Origin: Candidatus Eiseniibacteriota bacterium
GTDB lineage: Bacteria; Eisenbacteria; RBG-16-71-46
Direction of reading: 5' to 3'
DNA: 26,233 nt
NCBI GenBank assembly: GCA_038231135.1
Contig: JBBRLX010000044.1
Location: 1-26,233, forward strand
The translations under genes were made by a program, and so were the position numbers. Position 1 is the first letter of the stretch; each line of letters starts with the position of its first letter. This document shows, piece by piece, positions 25,440-26,233 of this stretch. The notes under the pieces are model-generated. The model ran no database searches. It was given only the letters and a program-made list of their open reading frames with translations, and was not told the DNA's origin.

Positions 25440-25970
25440 ATGACATCGGAAACTGGTCATACGACCCCGCACCCAATCGCGATCGCCCCCATGGCCGCCA
25501 CCGACTGGCCCGCGGTGCGCGAGATCTATGAAGCGGGCATCGCGACCCGCAACGCCACGTTCCAGACGGAGGCTCCGCCGTGGGAGCTCTGGGATGCGGG
25601 GCACCTCGGCACGTGCCGATTGGTCGCGCGAGACACGCGGGCCGAAGTCGTGGGCTGGGCGGCGCTGAGCCCGGTCTCGTCGCGCCGGGTGTACGCGGGC
25701 GTGTGCGAGGTGAGCGTCTACGTCGCGGAAACCGCGCGCGGTCGCGGCGTGGGTCGCGCGCTGCTCCAGGCGCTGATTGCCGCATCCGAAGCCGACGGCC
25801 GCTGGACGCTACAGGCCGGCATCCTTTCCGAGAACGAGGCGAGCATCGCGCTCCATCGCACCTGCGGGTTCCGCGACGTCGGCGCGCGCCGGCGCATTGG
25901 GCAACTCGACGGAGTCTGGCGCGACACCCTGCTGCTCGAACGGCGGAGTGAAAGCGTGGGGGTTTTGTAG
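25440..25970 (+). CDS. GNAT N-acetyltransferase, phosphinothricin-acetyltransferase-like
   Basis: IY..GI....ATF, GWAALSPVSSR.VY.GV.EVSVYV, RGRGVG, EN.ASIALH...GFR.VG and GVWRD. Confidence 0.92.
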   Translation: MTSETGHTTPHPIAIAPMAATDWPAVREIYEAGIATRNATFQTEAPPWELWDAGHLGTCRLVARDTRAEVVGWAALSPVSSRRVYAGVCEVSVYVAETARGRGVGRALLQALIAASEADGRWTLQAGILSENEASIALHRTCGFRDVGARRRIGQLDGVWRDTLLLERRSESVGVL

Positions 25971-26092
25971 GCGCATAAGCTGATGGGCTCCCGACCGTGA
26001 TGGTCGAGAGCCCATCGATTGAGGCGCCATCTGCGCGACGATCGCGGCATTGCGCGGCTGGGAGTAGTCACCGCAGCGACGACCACACGCTC

Positions 26093-26233
26093 CTAGCAGG
26101 CTGCTGAAAAAGGACCGACGACGCGCACCGGGGAGCCTGCCGATGCACTCGTTCGCGAGCGGCGGTTCCGCTGAGCGGGGTGCTGGCGCCATATCGGTGA
26201 TTCTGAACTCCGGAGTGTCGTTCTCATGCGATC
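26093..26233. mobile_element. Probable end of an IS5/IS1182-like element or derived MITE, running off the window
   Basis: CTAG (26093-26096) is followed by CAGGCTGCTGAAAAAG (26097-26112), which resembles termini of these elements as I recall them. A GGAG...ATG at 26226 could begin a transposase, but only 8 nt remain. Confidence 0.5.

Noticed and set aside
1..26233. Whole window as a composite transposon or prophage
   Set aside because: The terminal elements are dissimilar, there are no phage or conjugation genes, and the content includes housekeeping genes (proC, pgm).

Overview
GC-rich bacterial segment, possibly from Candidatus Eisenbacteria or a related FCB-type lineage (inferred only from a C-terminal TWGxxK motif). 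It is probably a whole contig broken at an insertion-sequence end on each side: an IS1202/ISNCY-like left end with the first transposase codons at 1-139, and a CTAG-CAGGCTGCTGAAAAAG IS5/IS1182-like end at ~26093. Between them, in order: a class III aminotransferase; a lipoprotein; a secreted NHL-like protein; an ECF42 sigma factor module with two tandem DGPF/YciI genes, each behind a TGTCGA-N17-CGAC promoter, plus a methyltransferase; dodecin-proC-esterase; an SGNH hydrolase; a coupled patatin-GH144-pgm operon; a scarred accessory patch (AT-richer Fic gene, doubly deleted GMC oxidoreductase, peroxiredoxin, ArsR remnant, SRPBCC, fused GmrSD-type nuclease); a secreted OB-fold protein; a cNMP-domain histidine kinase coupled to a REC-thioredoxin-reductase-like fusion lacking CxxC; an alpha/beta hydrolase interrupted by one TAG; and a GNAT acetyltransferase. 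I saw no rRNA, tRNA or CRISPR array. All calls come from motif reading without database searches.
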